NCBI GenBank assembly: GCA_041611735.1
Contig: JBFIML010000040.1
Span: 1-43,037, forward strand
Source of the DNA: Myxococcota bacterium
GTDB taxonomy: Bacteria > Myxococcota_A > UBA9160 > PR03
Direction of reading: 5' to 3'
DNA: 43,037 bases
The notes under the pieces were generated by a model. The model did no database searches, was not told the origin of the DNA, and worked only from the letters and a program-made list of their open reading frames with translations. Below, in pieces: positions 23,995 to 36,358 of this stretch. Within the stretch, counting starts at the first letter, position 1. The number at the start of each line of letters is the position of its first letter. A program made the position numbers and the translations under genes.

Positions 23995-25642
23995 CCGGCT
24001 GGGGGTCCTGCGCGCGGCGCGCCCGCTCGCGCAGCTCGACGCGGCGGATCTTTCCGCTCACCGTCTTGGGCAGGGTCTCCACGAACTCGATGGCGCGCGG
24101 GTACTTGTAGGGGGCGGTCACGGCCTTCACGTGCTCCTGCAGGCTGCGCACCAGGGCGGCGTCGCCCGCCACCCCGGGCCGCAGCACCACGTAGGCCTTC
24201 ACGATCTCGCCGCGGTCCGGGTGCGGCGCGGCCACCACCGCCGCCTCCACCACGTCGGGATGCTCCACGAGGGCACTCTCCACCTCGAAGGGGCCGATGC
24301 GGTAGCCGGCGGAGATGATCACATCGTCGGCACGGCCCACGAACCAGAGGTAGCCGTCCTCGTCCCGGCGGCCCCGGTCGCCCGTCACGTACCACGGGCC
24401 GCGCCGGCAGGCGCGCGTGGCCGCCGCGTCCTTCCAGTAGCCGCGGAAGAGACTGGGCGGATCGTCGTACAGGGCGATGTCCCCGACCTCGCCGGGGGCC
24501 AGCACGTCGCCGGCCGGGTCGATCACCTCCACCCGATGGCCCGGCATGGCCAGCCCCATGGAGCCCGGCCGGACCGGCATGCCCGGGAAGTTCCCCACCA
24601 GCAGGATGGTCTCGGTCTGGCCGTAGCCGTCGCGGATCGTCAGGCCGGTCGCCTCCTGCCAGGCGCGAATCACTTCCGGGTTGAGGGGCTCGCCCGCGGA
24701 GACCACCTCCCGCAGTCGTGGGAAGCGAACGGCCGACAGGTCTTCCTTCACCAGCAGCCGGAACTCGGTGGGCGGGGCGCAGAAGACCTGGGGTTCGATC
24801 TCGGCCAGCATCTCGAGCTCCTGGCGCGGCTCGAAGCGACCCTGGAACAGGAACACCTCGGCGCCCACGCTCCAGGGCCCGAACAGGACGCTGTACGCCG
24901 CCTTGGCCCAGCCCGTGTCGCTGGTGGTCCACAGACGATCGTCCGGGCGCAGCCCCAGCCAGGTCAGGGCCGTGTAGCGCTGGGCGAAGGTGTAGGCGTG
25001 GCTGTGCAGGACCGCCTTGGGGGGGCCGGTGGTGCCGGACGTGTAGTAGACGAGAGCGGGGTCCGAGGCCCGCGTCTCGCGCACGGCGCCCCCGTCGTCG
25101 GGTACGCGGGCGAGCGCGGCGGCGAGATCCTCCCAGCCGTCGGGCAACGCCTCCTGCTCGCCCCGCCAGACCAGCCGATGACGCAGGCCGGCCACCGGAT
25201 CGCGCACCGCGTCCACGGCGGCCGTCTGATCCCCGCTCGTCACCAGCATCCGCGCGCCACTGTGCGCGACCCGGTAGGCGATGTCCTTGGGGCGCAGGAT
25301 CGACGAGCAGGGGATCACCAGGGCGCCGGCCTTGAGGGCTCCGACCATCACGATCTGCCATTCCGGGATGCGGGGCAGCATGACGAGCACGGGGTCGCCG
25401 ATCCCCACCCCGCGCTCCGCCAGCAGGTGGGCCACGCGGTCGGAGGCGGCCGCGACCTCGCCAAAGGAGAGACGTCGCTCGCGTCCCCCGGCGTCGCGCC
25501 AGAGCAGGGCGGGGCGATCCGGCTGCTCGGCGTGGCGGTCCACCACGTCGCGCCCGAAGTTGAAGCGCTCCGGGACCTGCCAGCGGAACGCCTCCGCCGC
25601 ACGCCGCTGGCGCTCGAGAGCCTCGCGCAAGCCGGTCCCCAT
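23987..25642 (-). CDS. Acyl-CoA synthetase (AMP-forming, short/medium-chain ACSM-like)
   Basis: FNFGRDVVD, YYTSGTTGPPK, DTGWAKAAY, SAGEPLNPE, DGYGQTET, GRADDVI...RIGPFEVES, LPKTVSGKIRR; start ATG 25642 or GTG 25666. Confidence 0.92.
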   Translation of the reverse strand: MGTGLREALERQRRAAEAFRWQVPERFNFGRDVVDRHAEQPDRPALLWRDAGGRERRLSFGEVAAASDRVAHLLAERGVGIGDPVLVMLPRIPEWQIVMVGALKAGALVIPCSSILRPKDIAYRVAHSGARMLVTSGDQTAAVDAVRDPVAGLRHRLVWRGEQEALPDGWEDLAAALARVPDDGGAVRETRASDPALVYYTSGTTGPPKAVLHSHAYTFAQRYTALTWLGLRPDDRLWTTSDTGWAKAAYSVLFGPWSVGAEVFLFQGRFEPRQELEMLAEIEPQVFCAPPTEFRLLVKEDLSAVRFPRLREVVSAGEPLNPEVIRAWQEATGLTIRDGYGQTETILLVGNFPGMPVRPGSMGLAMPGHRVEVIDPAGDVLAPGEVGDIALYDDPPSLFRGYWKDAAATRACRRGPWYVTGDRGRRDEDGYLWFVGRADDVIISAGYRIGPFEVESALVEHPDVVEAAVVAAPHPDRGEIVKAYVVLRPGVAGDAALVRSLQEHVKAVTAPYKYPRAIEFVETLPKTVSGKIRRVELRERARRAQDPQPVR

Positions 25643-25722
25643 GGCGTTCTGGCTCTGGCCTCCCACCGCCCGGGTCGGACCCGACCGCGGCCTTGGGTAT
25701 TCTCCCCCGCAGGCCCGGATCG

Positions 25723-25751
25723 CTCAAGCCGCGGCCTGGATGTGCCGATCC
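25723..25751 (+). promoter_or_regulatory. Putative sigma28-type promoter of the diguanylate cyclase
   Basis: C-TCAAG(25724-25728)-N15-GCCGATCC(25744-25751). Confidence 0.68.
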
Positions 25752-25807
25752 AGGGCCGGGAGGAACCCAGGCGGGCGCGCGGCCGCGCGCCCGTGCGCGG
25801 AGGGTGG

Positions 25808-27202
25808 ATGACGCAGCCTCTCGTCCCGGCTCGTGTGCTGATCGTGGACGACAGCCGCCTGGACCGGCAGATCGCCGAAGGCGCTCTCGAGGACGTGGGT
25901 CGCCTGGAGGTCTGCGCCAGCGCCGAGGAGGCCCTCGAGGCGCTCCGGCGCGAACCCGCGGACCTGGTGCTCTCGGACCTCACCATGCCCGGCCTGTCGG
26001 GCCTTCAACTGCTCGAGCGGGTGCGCCGCGAGCACGCGTGCACCGACTTCATCCTGCTCACCGCCCACGCCTCCGTGGACAGCGCCGTCGAGGCGCTGCG
26101 CATGGGAGCCGCCGACTATCTGCGCAAGCCGGTGCGGGCCGACGAGCTGCGCCTGGTGGTGAAGCGCACGCTGGAGCGCCGCCGGCTGTTCGAGGAGAAC
26201 ATGCGGCTCGGCGAGCTGCTGGCCACGGTCGAGGCCTGCCGCGCCCTGGCCCCCTGCCTCGAGCCCGGGGAGGTCTACCCGGTGGCCCTGGACATCCTGC
26301 TCGGGGCCCTGCGCCGGGGGCGCGGTCTCGCGGTCTTCCGCCGTCCCAATGCAGGAGACGCCGTCGCCTTCCGGGGACTCAACGAGTCCGAGGTCACCGC
26401 CCTCCGCGAGATGCTGGTGGACGACAAGCGCGTCGACCTCGATGCGGTGCCGAGCGTGGACGTGGCCGGGGCGGGACCCATCCACGAGGCGCTACGGGGC
26501 GCCGGGATTCCCGTCGGACGCATGCTGCTGATCCCGCTCCGGGGGGTGGAGGTCGAGGGGGGGGTGCTCGGGGTGTTCGAGGACGACGACGCCCTGAGCC
26601 CCGCGGATCTCGAGCGGGCGAACATCGTGGCGGGCCATGCCCAGGTGGCCCTGCGCAACGCCGAGCGCTACCAGCAGGCCAAGGAACGCGCCTTCGTGGA
26701 CGACGTGACCGGCGTCTACAACGCGCGCTACCTGTTCACGGCCCTCCAGCACGAGATCCGCCGGGCCCAACGCTACGGCACCGAGCTGGCGGTGCTGTTC
26801 CTGGATCTCGACCGCTTCAAGCGGGTGAACGACGCCCACGGTCATCTGGTGGGCTCGCAGACGCTGCGCCGCCTGTCCGACCTGCTGCGCACCTGCATCC
26901 GCCAGGTGGACACGCTGGCACGTTACGGCGGCGACGAGTTCACCATCCTGCTGACGGACACGGACCTGGAGACGGGCCTGCGCGTGGCGGAGCGCATCCG
27001 CGTCGCCGTGGAGCAGACCCGTTTCGAGACGCGCAGCGGCGTGGAGCCGTTGCGGGTGGCCGTGAGCGTGGGGGTGGCCGCGTACCCCGCCCACGGGCGC
27101 ACGCCGGAACAGCTGCTCGACCTGGCCGACAAGGCCATGTACCGGGCCAAGTCGCTGGGCCGCAACCGCGTCTGCTCGGCCACCGAGCTGTCCGGCCACT
27201 GA
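25808..27202 (+). CDS. Diguanylate cyclase, REC-GAF-GGDEF
   Basis: REC (LIVDD, LSDLTMP, DYLRKP); GAF-like middle; DLDRFKRVND..GHLVG; I-site RQVD; intact RYGGDEF; ATG 25808. Confidence 0.92.
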   Translation: MTQPLVPARVLIVDDSRLDRQIAEGALEDVGRLEVCASAEEALEALRREPADLVLSDLTMPGLSGLQLLERVRREHACTDFILLTAHASVDSAVEALRMGAADYLRKPVRADELRLVVKRTLERRRLFEENMRLGELLATVEACRALAPCLEPGEVYPVALDILLGALRRGRGLAVFRRPNAGDAVAFRGLNESEVTALREMLVDDKRVDLDAVPSVDVAGAGPIHEALRGAGIPVGRMLLIPLRGVEVEGGVLGVFEDDDALSPADLERANIVAGHAQVALRNAERYQQAKERAFVDDVTGVYNARYLFTALQHEIRRAQRYGTELAVLFLDLDRFKRVNDAHGHLVGSQTLRRLSDLLRTCIRQVDTLARYGGDEFTILLTDTDLETGLRVAERIRVAVEQTRFETRSGVEPLRVAVSVGVAAYPAHGRTPEQLLDLADKAMYRAKSLGRNRVCSATELSGH

Positions 27203-27225
27203 GCGCGCCAGGTGGCGGCCCGGGT

Positions 27226-27254
27226 TTGACACGCCGCGCCGGCGCTGCTAAGCA
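27226..27254 (+). promoter_or_regulatory. Sigma70 promoter of the aspS operon
   Basis: TTGACA(27226-27231)-N17-TAAGCA(27249-27254), with extended -10 TG at 27246-27247. Confidence 0.6.
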
Positions 27255-27298
27255 ACTCGCCGATTTCTCAGCGTTTTTTCTCCCCGCGGGAGGAATGC

Positions 27299-29113
27299 TT
27301 GCACGGCGACGGGACGCGGCTCGACTCCCTGGGCCCGCTGCGCCGCACCCACGCCTGCGGCCGGCTGACCCCCGCCGCGGTCGGTGCGGAGGCGGTGGTG
27401 GCCGGCTGGGTCCAGCACCGCCGCGACCACGGGGGCGTGATCTTCGTGGACCTGCGCGACCGCACCGGTCTCGTGCAGGTGGTCTTCAAGCCCGACGCGG
27501 CGCCCGAGGCCCATCGCCGCGCCCACGAGCTGCGCAACGAGTTCGTGCTGATGGTCCGGGGCCGGGTGGCCCGGCGCTCGCCCGAGACGGTCAATCCGAG
27601 CCTGCCCACCGGCGCGATCGAGATCGTGGCCGAGGAACTGCGGCTGCTGAACACCGCCACCCCGCCTCCGTTTTCCATCGAGGAGGACTCCGGCGTAGAC
27701 GAGAGCGTGCGGCTGCGGCACCGCATCCACGACCTGCGGCGGCCCCCGCTCCAGCGAGCCCTCGAGGTGCGCCACCGCCTCTACCAGGCCGTGCGGCGCA
27801 CCTGCACGGAGCTCGGCTTCCTGGAGATCGAGACGCCCATGCTGGGCCGCTCCACGCCCGAGGGTGCCCGCGACTTCCTGGTCCCGAGCCGCCTGCAGCC
27901 GGGCGAGTTCTACGCGCTGCCCCAGTCTCCGCAGATCTTGAAGCAGCTCTTGATGGTGGCCGGCTTCGAACGCTACTTCCAGATCGCACGCTGCTTTCGG
28001 GACGAAGATCAACGCGCGGACCGCCAGCTCGAGTTCACGCAGATCGATCTGGAAATGTCGTTCGTGGGCGTGGGAGACGTGCTGGACGCGCTGGAGGAGA
28101 TCACGGCACGGGGTTTCGTCGAGGCGGTGGGTATCGAGCTGCCGCGGCCCTTCCCGCGTCTGACCCACGCCGAGGCCATCCGCCGCTTCGGAAGCGACAA
28201 GCCCGACACCCGCATCGAGCTCGAGCTCGTGGAGCTGACCGAAGTGTTCCGGGACTCCGGGTTCCGGGCCTTTCGGGAGGCGGTGGAACGGGGGGGGGCA
28301 GTGAAGTGCCTGCCGGTCCCGGACGCGGGGGAGCTCTCGCGCGGAGAGATCGAGCGGCTGGAGAGCTTCGTTCGCAAGGAGCTCGGCGCCCGGGGGTTGG
28401 CCTGGATCCGCGTGGCGGAGGACGGCGCCTGGCAGTCGCCGATCGCCAAGTTCCTCTCCGAGACGGAGCGCGACGCGATCCGCGCCCGCAGCGCGGCTCG
28501 GCCGGGTACGGTGCTGCTGTTCGCTGCCGACGAGGCGAGGCGCGCCAACGCGATCCTGGCCCGTCTGCGCACCGACCTCGGGCGGCGGCTCGGGCGCGTG
28601 CAGCCGCGCCCCTGGGATGTGCTCTTCGTGGTGGACTTTCCGCTCTTCGAACGCGACGAAGCGGGCCGTCTCGGCTATGCCCACCAGCCCTTCGTCGCCC
28701 CCCTCGACGAAGACGTCCCGCTCCTCCACAGCGCCCCGGACCGGGTGCGCGGCACCCACTACGACCTCGTGATCAACGGCTACGAGATCGGCTCCGGGAG
28801 CCTCCGCAACCACCGCTCCGACGTGCAGCGCACGATCTTCGAGCTGCTCGGCCACTCGAAGGCCGACGTGGAGGCACGCTTCGGCTTCGTGCTGAACGCG
28901 CTGGACGCGGGCGCGCCCCCTCACGGGGGGTTCGCCTTCGGCTATGATCGCCTGGTGATGCTGCTCGCGGGTGGGGAAAGCCTGCGGGACGTGATCGCGT
29001 TCCCGAAGACCCAGCGCGGCCAGGACCTGCTCATGGGCGCGCCCTCCGCCGTCGAGTCCAGTCAGCTCGACGAGCTATGCCTGCGCCTGGCGCGACCGCG
29101 GGACGCCTCGTGA
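27299..29113 (+). CDS. aspS: Aspartate--tRNA ligase (probably non-discriminating Asp/Asn)
   Basis: RTHACG, RRDHGGVIFVDLRD, STPEGARDFLVPSR, LPQSPQ, CFRDED.RADRQ.EFTQID, GAPPHGGFAFG.DR, VIAFPKT; TTG start with GGAGG RBS. Confidence 0.96.
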   Translation: MHGDGTRLDSLGPLRRTHACGRLTPAAVGAEAVVAGWVQHRRDHGGVIFVDLRDRTGLVQVVFKPDAAPEAHRRAHELRNEFVLMVRGRVARRSPETVNPSLPTGAIEIVAEELRLLNTATPPPFSIEEDSGVDESVRLRHRIHDLRRPPLQRALEVRHRLYQAVRRTCTELGFLEIETPMLGRSTPEGARDFLVPSRLQPGEFYALPQSPQILKQLLMVAGFERYFQIARCFRDEDQRADRQLEFTQIDLEMSFVGVGDVLDALEEITARGFVEAVGIELPRPFPRLTHAEAIRRFGSDKPDTRIELELVELTEVFRDSGFRAFREAVERGGAVKCLPVPDAGELSRGEIERLESFVRKELGARGLAWIRVAEDGAWQSPIAKFLSETERDAIRARSAARPGTVLLFAADEARRANAILARLRTDLGRRLGRVQPRPWDVLFVVDFPLFERDEAGRLGYAHQPFVAPLDEDVPLLHSAPDRVRGTHYDLVINGYEIGSGSLRNHRSDVQRTIFELLGHSKADVEARFGFVLNALDAGAPPHGGFAFGYDRLVMLLAGGESLRDVIAFPKTQRGQDLLMGAPSAVESSQLDELCLRLARPRDAS

Positions 29114-29406
29114 GGCTACGCGGCCTCGCCCTGGTGCTGGCGACGGCCGGGGCGCTCGCGGCCAGCGCCCCCTCCGAAGAGGCGCCGGCCGCATTCCACG
29201 AGGTGCAACCGGGCGAGACGCTGTGGAGGATCGCCGCGGACCGCATCGGCGATCCGTTCCTGTGGCCCGCGCTCTACCGCGCCAACCGCGACCAGATCAA
29301 GAATCCCTCCCTGGTCTATCCCGGCCAGAGGCTCGCCATTCCGCATCTCGACGCTGCCGCGCGCGAGGCGTTGCGGCGGGAGTCCGGACTCGAACCTCCC
29401 CCGTGA
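29110..29406 (+). CDS. Small secreted LysM-domain protein
   Basis: Signal peptide; HEVQPGETLWRIA...LWPALYRANRDQIKNPSLVYPGQRLAIP; GTGA overlaps at both ends. Confidence 0.85.
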   Translation: MRLRGLALVLATAGALAASAPSEEAPAAFHEVQPGETLWRIAADRIGDPFLWPALYRANRDQIKNPSLVYPGQRLAIPHLDAAAREALRRESGLEPPP

Positions 29407-31067
29407 GCCGCGTGCTTCCGGTCCAGGTCCTCGTCGTCGGCGGCGGGATCAACGGCACGGGCATCGCGCGCGACCTGGCGCTGCGCGGCGTACGGACCGC
29501 TCTGGTCGAGAAGCGGGAGTTCGGCTCCGGAACCACGTGGGCATCCTCGGGCATGATCCACGGCGGTCTGCGCTATCTCCAGAAGGACCCGGAGGTCACC
29601 TACCACTCCTGCCTGGACTCCGGGCACATCCAGCGCATCGCGGCCCATCTCATCTTCCGCATCCCCTTCCTCATGCCCGTGTTCCCCGAGGATTCCATCG
29701 GCCCGGAGCTGGTCGAGGTGGCCCTCGAGATGTACGACCGCTACCAGCCGCTCAAGAACGGGCGGCCCCACACGCGGCTCTCGCGCGAGCAGGCGCTGCG
29801 CCTGGAGCCGGCGCTATCCACGCGACTGGAGTGCGCCTTCACCCTGGACGAATGGGGCGTGGATGCGGCGCGTTTGTGCACGGCCAATGCCCTGGATGCC
29901 GCCGAGCACGGTGCCCACGTGCTCACCCACCACGAGGCGGTGGAGCTGCTGCGCACCGCCGATGGTCGCGTGTGCGGGGCGCGCATCCGGGACCGGATTC
30001 GCGGGGAGGAGCTGCGCATCGAAGCCGACCTGGTCATGAACGCGGCCGGCCCCTGGGCCCCCGCCGTGGCCCGCCTGGCCGGCGTCGAGGTGAGGCTGCG
30101 CCCCGGAAAGGGCATCCACCTGGTGTTCGAACGTCGCGTCACGAACCTGGCGGTCTACGCCCGCGGTGTGGACGGTCGCGACATGTTCACCTTCCCGCAC
30201 GAGCACAACAGCATGGCGGGCACCACCGATGACGACTACTACGGCGACCTGGACCGGATCGACGCCACCGAGGACGAGGTGTCCTACGTCCTCGAGGCCA
30301 TGGAACGCTCAATACCGGGCATCCGCCGCCATCGCATCATCCACACCATGGCGGCGGTGCGGCCCACGCTATACGGCTTCGGCCAGAACGAAGGCGAGCT
30401 GTCCCGGGACTATGTGGTGATCGACCACGGGGAGCGCGACGCAGCGCCCGGCCTCTTTACGATCGTCGGAGGCAAGCTCGCCGCCTATCGCCTGATGGCC
30501 GAGGACGCCACCGACCGGCTGTGCGCGGCGCTCGGCGTGCGCGAGCCCTGCCGCACCGCCGAGACTCCCCTGCCGGGGGCCGACGCTGCGGTGGACGTGG
30601 CGGCGCTGGCGCGCCGCTTCCGGACGCCGCTCGCCGCCGTGCTGCGGCTCGCCTTCCGCCACGGCAGCCGCACGCCACGCGTGCTCGCGCCCCACGACCC
30701 CGCGCCCGCAGCCGGGGCGCGGCCGGCGCCGCGCGTGGTGTGCGCCTGCGAGCCGGTCCTCGACGCGGAGCTGCGGCACGTGACCGCCCACGAGGGGGTG
30801 AGGACGCTCGGCGACTGCGCCCTGCGCGTGCGCCTCGGGGTGGGCGGCTGCCAGGGGGCCGCCTGTGCCGGGGCCGCCGCCGGGCTGCTGGCGGAAGGGC
30901 TCGGCTGGTCGGCCGAGCAGACCACCGCCGAGGTGGCGCGCTTCGCCGCGGAGCGCTGGCGCGCAGTGGCGCCCGCCCTGGGCGGCCGGCAGCTGGCGGC
31001 CATGCAGGTCCACCGGGCGGTCCATCTGGGGGCGCGCGGCTTCGCCCGCGGGCAGGAGCCCTCGTGA
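29403..31067 (+). CDS. glpA: Anaerobic-type glycerol-3-phosphate dehydrogenase subunit A
   Basis: VVGGGINGTGIARDLALRG, SGMIHGGLRYL, NAAGPW, GGKLAAYRLMAED; C-terminal BFD-like CACE...GGCQGAAC. Confidence 0.85.
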   Translation: MSRVLPVQVLVVGGGINGTGIARDLALRGVRTALVEKREFGSGTTWASSGMIHGGLRYLQKDPEVTYHSCLDSGHIQRIAAHLIFRIPFLMPVFPEDSIGPELVEVALEMYDRYQPLKNGRPHTRLSREQALRLEPALSTRLECAFTLDEWGVDAARLCTANALDAAEHGAHVLTHHEAVELLRTADGRVCGARIRDRIRGEELRIEADLVMNAAGPWAPAVARLAGVEVRLRPGKGIHLVFERRVTNLAVYARGVDGRDMFTFPHEHNSMAGTTDDDYYGDLDRIDATEDEVSYVLEAMERSIPGIRRHRIIHTMAAVRPTLYGFGQNEGELSRDYVVIDHGERDAAPGLFTIVGGKLAAYRLMAEDATDRLCAALGVREPCRTAETPLPGADAAVDVAALARRFRTPLAAVLRLAFRHGSRTPRVLAPHDPAPAAGARPAPRVVCACEPVLDAELRHVTAHEGVRTLGDCALRVRLGVGGCQGAACAGAAAGLLAEGLGWSAEQTTAEVARFAAERWRAVAPALGGRQLAAMQVHRAVHLGARGFARGQEPS

Positions 31068-32428
31068 GGGCGGTCGTGGTGGGCGGAGGCCTGGCGGGCG
31101 CCGTGGCGGCCCTCGACCTGGCGGAGCGGGGCGCGGCCGTGTGCCTGGTGCGTGCGGGGCCCGGCGCCACGGCCCTCTCCTGGGGCACGCTGGACGTGGC
31201 CGCGGCCTCCCCGCTGGCGGACGCCCTGCCGGTGCGGGATCCGGTGCGCGGGGAGCCTCTCACCCCTGCGGCGCGCCTCGCCCTGGTGATGCGCCGGGGA
31301 GGCTCGCATCCCTACCGGCACATGCTTGGGTCGGACGCCGCCCAGGCGGCGGGCGTCGCCCTGGTCAAGGAGGCCGCGGCGGCCCTGGACGGCTGGCTGC
31401 GCCCGGCGGGCCTGCGGGTGGTGGGGGACCTGGGCACGACCCGCTGGCTGGCGGACGTGCGCGGCGCCCTGCGCGGGGCGGACCTGGCCTTCACGGGAGC
31501 GGCCGAGGGCGAGCTCGGCGATGCCTCGGAGCTGGCCATCGTGGAGCTTTCCGGTCTGGCGGGCCACGACGCTCGCCCAGCCGCCCGCAGCCTGGCCGCC
31601 GAGCTGGCGGCCCTCGAGCTGCCCGCCCGGCCCGTCCGGGTGCTCGCGGCGCTGCTACCCCCTGCGCTCCTCGCGCCGGGCGGGCCGCCGGCACGCCTGG
31701 CGGCGCGGCTCGAAGAGCCGGAGGCCCTCGAGGCGCTGCGCAGCGCCCTGGCGCCCCTGGGTGCGCCGGGCCGGCTGCTGCTGCTGCCCCCGGTGCTGGG
31801 TCTGCTCGGGATCGGGCGCGTGCTCGCAGCCCTGCAGGAGGCGACGGGCAGCCGCGTGGGGGAGCTGGTCGGGGCGCCGCCCTCCTCCCCGGCCGGCCTG
31901 CGTCTCGACGCGGCGCTTCGCGCTGCTCTGGACCGCCACGGGGTGGAGCAACGCGACGGCCGGGCCGTCGCCGTGGAGCGAAGCGACGCGCGCGCCACGA
32001 GCGTGCTCGTGGAGCGCGAAGGAGGCCGGGAGCGCCTGGAAGCCGGCGCGGTGGTGCTCGCCACCGGGCGCTTCGTGGGCGGCGGGATCGTGGAACACCA
32101 GGGTCGGCTCGCGGAGTCCCTGCTCGGTCTGCCCCTGTACGACGGCGCCGGGCAGCGCGCGGACGGCTCCCCGGCCCATCGCCTGGTCCACCTGGACTAC
32201 GAAGCCCCACAGCCGCTCTACGCCACCGGCGTGCGCACCGACGGACGCCTGCGCCCGCTGGCGGCCGACGGGCGCCCGGCCTTCGCCAATCTGTTCGCCG
32301 CCGGCGAGCTGCTGGGCGGTTTCGACCCGGCGCGGGTGCGCACGGGCCTCGGGGTCGCCCTCTTGACCGGGAGGCGCGCCGCCAGCCAGGCGGCCCAGGC
32401 CCTGGGCCTCGGGGAAGCGACCTCATGA
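31064..32428 (+). CDS. glpB: Anaerobic-type glycerol-3-phosphate dehydrogenase subunit B
   Basis: [61 protein letters not shown]...GLGVALLTG; follows glpA. Confidence 0.82.
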   Translation: MRAVVVGGGLAGAVAALDLAERGAAVCLVRAGPGATALSWGTLDVAAASPLADALPVRDPVRGEPLTPAARLALVMRRGGSHPYRHMLGSDAAQAAGVALVKEAAAALDGWLRPAGLRVVGDLGTTRWLADVRGALRGADLAFTGAAEGELGDASELAIVELSGLAGHDARPAARSLAAELAALELPARPVRVLAALLPPALLAPGGPPARLAARLEEPEALEALRSALAPLGAPGRLLLLPPVLGLLGIGRVLAALQEATGSRVGELVGAPPSSPAGLRLDAALRAALDRHGVEQRDGRAVAVERSDARATSVLVEREGGRERLEAGAVVLATGRFVGGGIVEHQGRLAESLLGLPLYDGAGQRADGSPAHRLVHLDYEAPQPLYATGVRTDGRLRPLAADGRPAFANLFAAGELLGGFDPARVRTGLGVALLTGRRAASQAAQALGLGEATS

Positions 32429-32954
32429 AGGGATATCGCGGCTTCCTGCGCGAGATGCTGCGCACCGGGTCCCCGCGAGCCCTCGGGCTGCAGGTGCGCA
32501 CCGGGGTCCTGCACGCCCTGCGGCGCCTGGTGCGCCGGGGCCCGGCGGACCCGGTGGCCCTCTTCTTCGAGCGCTACGGCCCGGACGGCTTCCGACCCGC
32601 CGATCCCGCCCGCCGGGCGCTACAGGAGGCTTCGGAGGGCTGCCTGGTGTGCGGGCTGTGCTCGCTCGAGTGCGCGCGGGTTGCAGGGCGGCCGCGTCTC
32701 GACCCGCGCGATGCCGTGCTCTCGGCGGCGCGCCTCGAAATCGACCTCGTGCGACTCCAGCTCGCGGAGCCAGTGGCGACCACCTGCGCCGGATGTGCGG
32801 CCTGCGACGCGGTGTGTCCGGCGCACATCCCCATCCACCGCGTCCAGGAGGGGCTGGCCGCCCTGGACGGGCCGTCACGGGCCGGGGAGGCGCCGCGTCC
32901 GCCCGCCACGGCCGATTGGCGCGGCCCGCGCGGATCGGGTACATCGGCCCAGCC

Positions 32955-32958
<4 letters not shown>
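32425..32958 (+). CDS. Short 2x[4Fe-4S] ferredoxin-like protein in the glpC position
   Basis: [11 protein letters not shown] and [12 protein letters not shown] motifs; ATGA overlaps with glpB and icd; 177 aa. Confidence 0.78.
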
Positions 32959-35180
<2,222 letters not shown>

Positions 35181-35182
35181 CC

Positions 35183-36349
35183 GTGAACGTCCACGAGTAC
35201 CAGGCCAAGGAGCTGCTGCGGGAGGCCGGGGTGGCGCTGCCGGCGGGCCGCCTGGCCACGACACCCGCCGAGGCCGAGGCGGCCGCCCGGCAGCTCGGCG
35301 GGGGCGTGGTGGCCGTGAAGGCCCAGGTGCACGCCGGCGGGCGCGGCAAGGCGGGCGGGATCAAGCTGGCGCGCACGCCCGCCGAGGCCAAGCACGCCGC
35401 CAGCGAGATCCTCGGCATGACGCTGCGCAGCCACCAGACCGGGCCCGAGGGCAAGGTGGTGCGCAAGGTCTACGTGGAGGCCGGCTGCGAGATCGCACGC
35501 GAGCTCTACCTCGGCCTCGTCCTGGACCGCGGGGCGGAGCGGCTCGCCGTGATTGCCTCGACCGAGGGTGGCATGGAGATCGAGGAGGTCGCCGCCCGCA
35601 CCCCGGAGAGGATCCTCACCGTGCACGTGGACCCGAACCTCGGGCTGCAGCCCTTCCAGGTGCGGCAGGTGGGGTTCGGGCTCGGCCTCGACGCGGAGGG
35701 GGTGAAGCGCCTGGAGCCGTTCCTCGGCGGGCTCTATCGGCTCTTCGTGGCGAAGGACGCTTCCCTGGCGGAGATCAATCCGCTGGTGGTCACCCCGGGC
35801 GGGGAGCTGCTGGCCCTGGATGCGAAGCTGAACCTCGACGACAGCGCCCTCTTCCGACACCCGGAGCTGCGGGCCCTGCGCGACCCGGACGAGGAGGATC
35901 CGCGCGAGCGCGAGGCGCGCGAGCACGACCTCTCCTACGTGGGTCTCGACGGCGACATCGGTTGCCTCGTGAACGGGGCGGGCCTGGCCATGGCCACCCT
36001 GGACATGATCCAGGTCTGCGGGGGTGCGCCGGCCAACTTCCTGGACGTGGGGGGCGGCGCGGAACGCGAGACGGTGACGGCGGCCTTCAAGCTGATCCTG
36101 CGCGACGAGAAGGTGCGGGCGATCCTGGTCAACATCTTCGGCGGCATCGTGCGATGCGACCTGATCGCCGAAGGGGTGGTGGCGGCGGCGCAGGAGGTCG
36201 GGGTGAAGGTGCCGTTGGTGGTGCGGCTGCAGGGCACCAACGCCGAGTCCGGCCGCGAGATCCTGGCGCGCTCGGGCCTGGACATCCAGCCGGTGGAGAC
36301 CCTGCGCCAGGCGGGCGAACGCGCCGTGGCCGCGGCGCGCGGAGCCTAG
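35183..36349 (+). CDS. sucC: Succinyl-CoA synthetase beta subunit
   Basis: NVHEYQAKELL, KAQVHAGGRGKAGG, EINPL, GCLVNGAGLAMATLD, PANFLDVGGGA, NIFGGIVRCD; GTG 35183. Confidence 0.97.
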   Translation: MNVHEYQAKELLREAGVALPAGRLATTPAEAEAAARQLGGGVVAVKAQVHAGGRGKAGGIKLARTPAEAKHAASEILGMTLRSHQTGPEGKVVRKVYVEAGCEIARELYLGLVLDRGAERLAVIASTEGGMEIEEVAARTPERILTVHVDPNLGLQPFQVRQVGFGLGLDAEGVKRLEPFLGGLYRLFVAKDASLAEINPLVVTPGGELLALDAKLNLDDSALFRHPELRALRDPDEEDPREREAREHDLSYVGLDGDIGCLVNGAGLAMATLDMIQVCGGAPANFLDVGGGAERETVTAAFKLILRDEKVRAILVNIFGGIVRCDLIAEGVVAAAQEVGVKVPLVVRLQGTNAESGREILARSGLDIQPVETLRQAGERAVAAARGA

Positions 36350-36358
36350 GCAGCGGCC

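Noticed and set aside
27259-27266. Further GCCGAT-like words (27259, 1216, 15210, 34218)
   Set aside because: None has a matching -35 box at N15, so they were not counted as sigma28 promoters.
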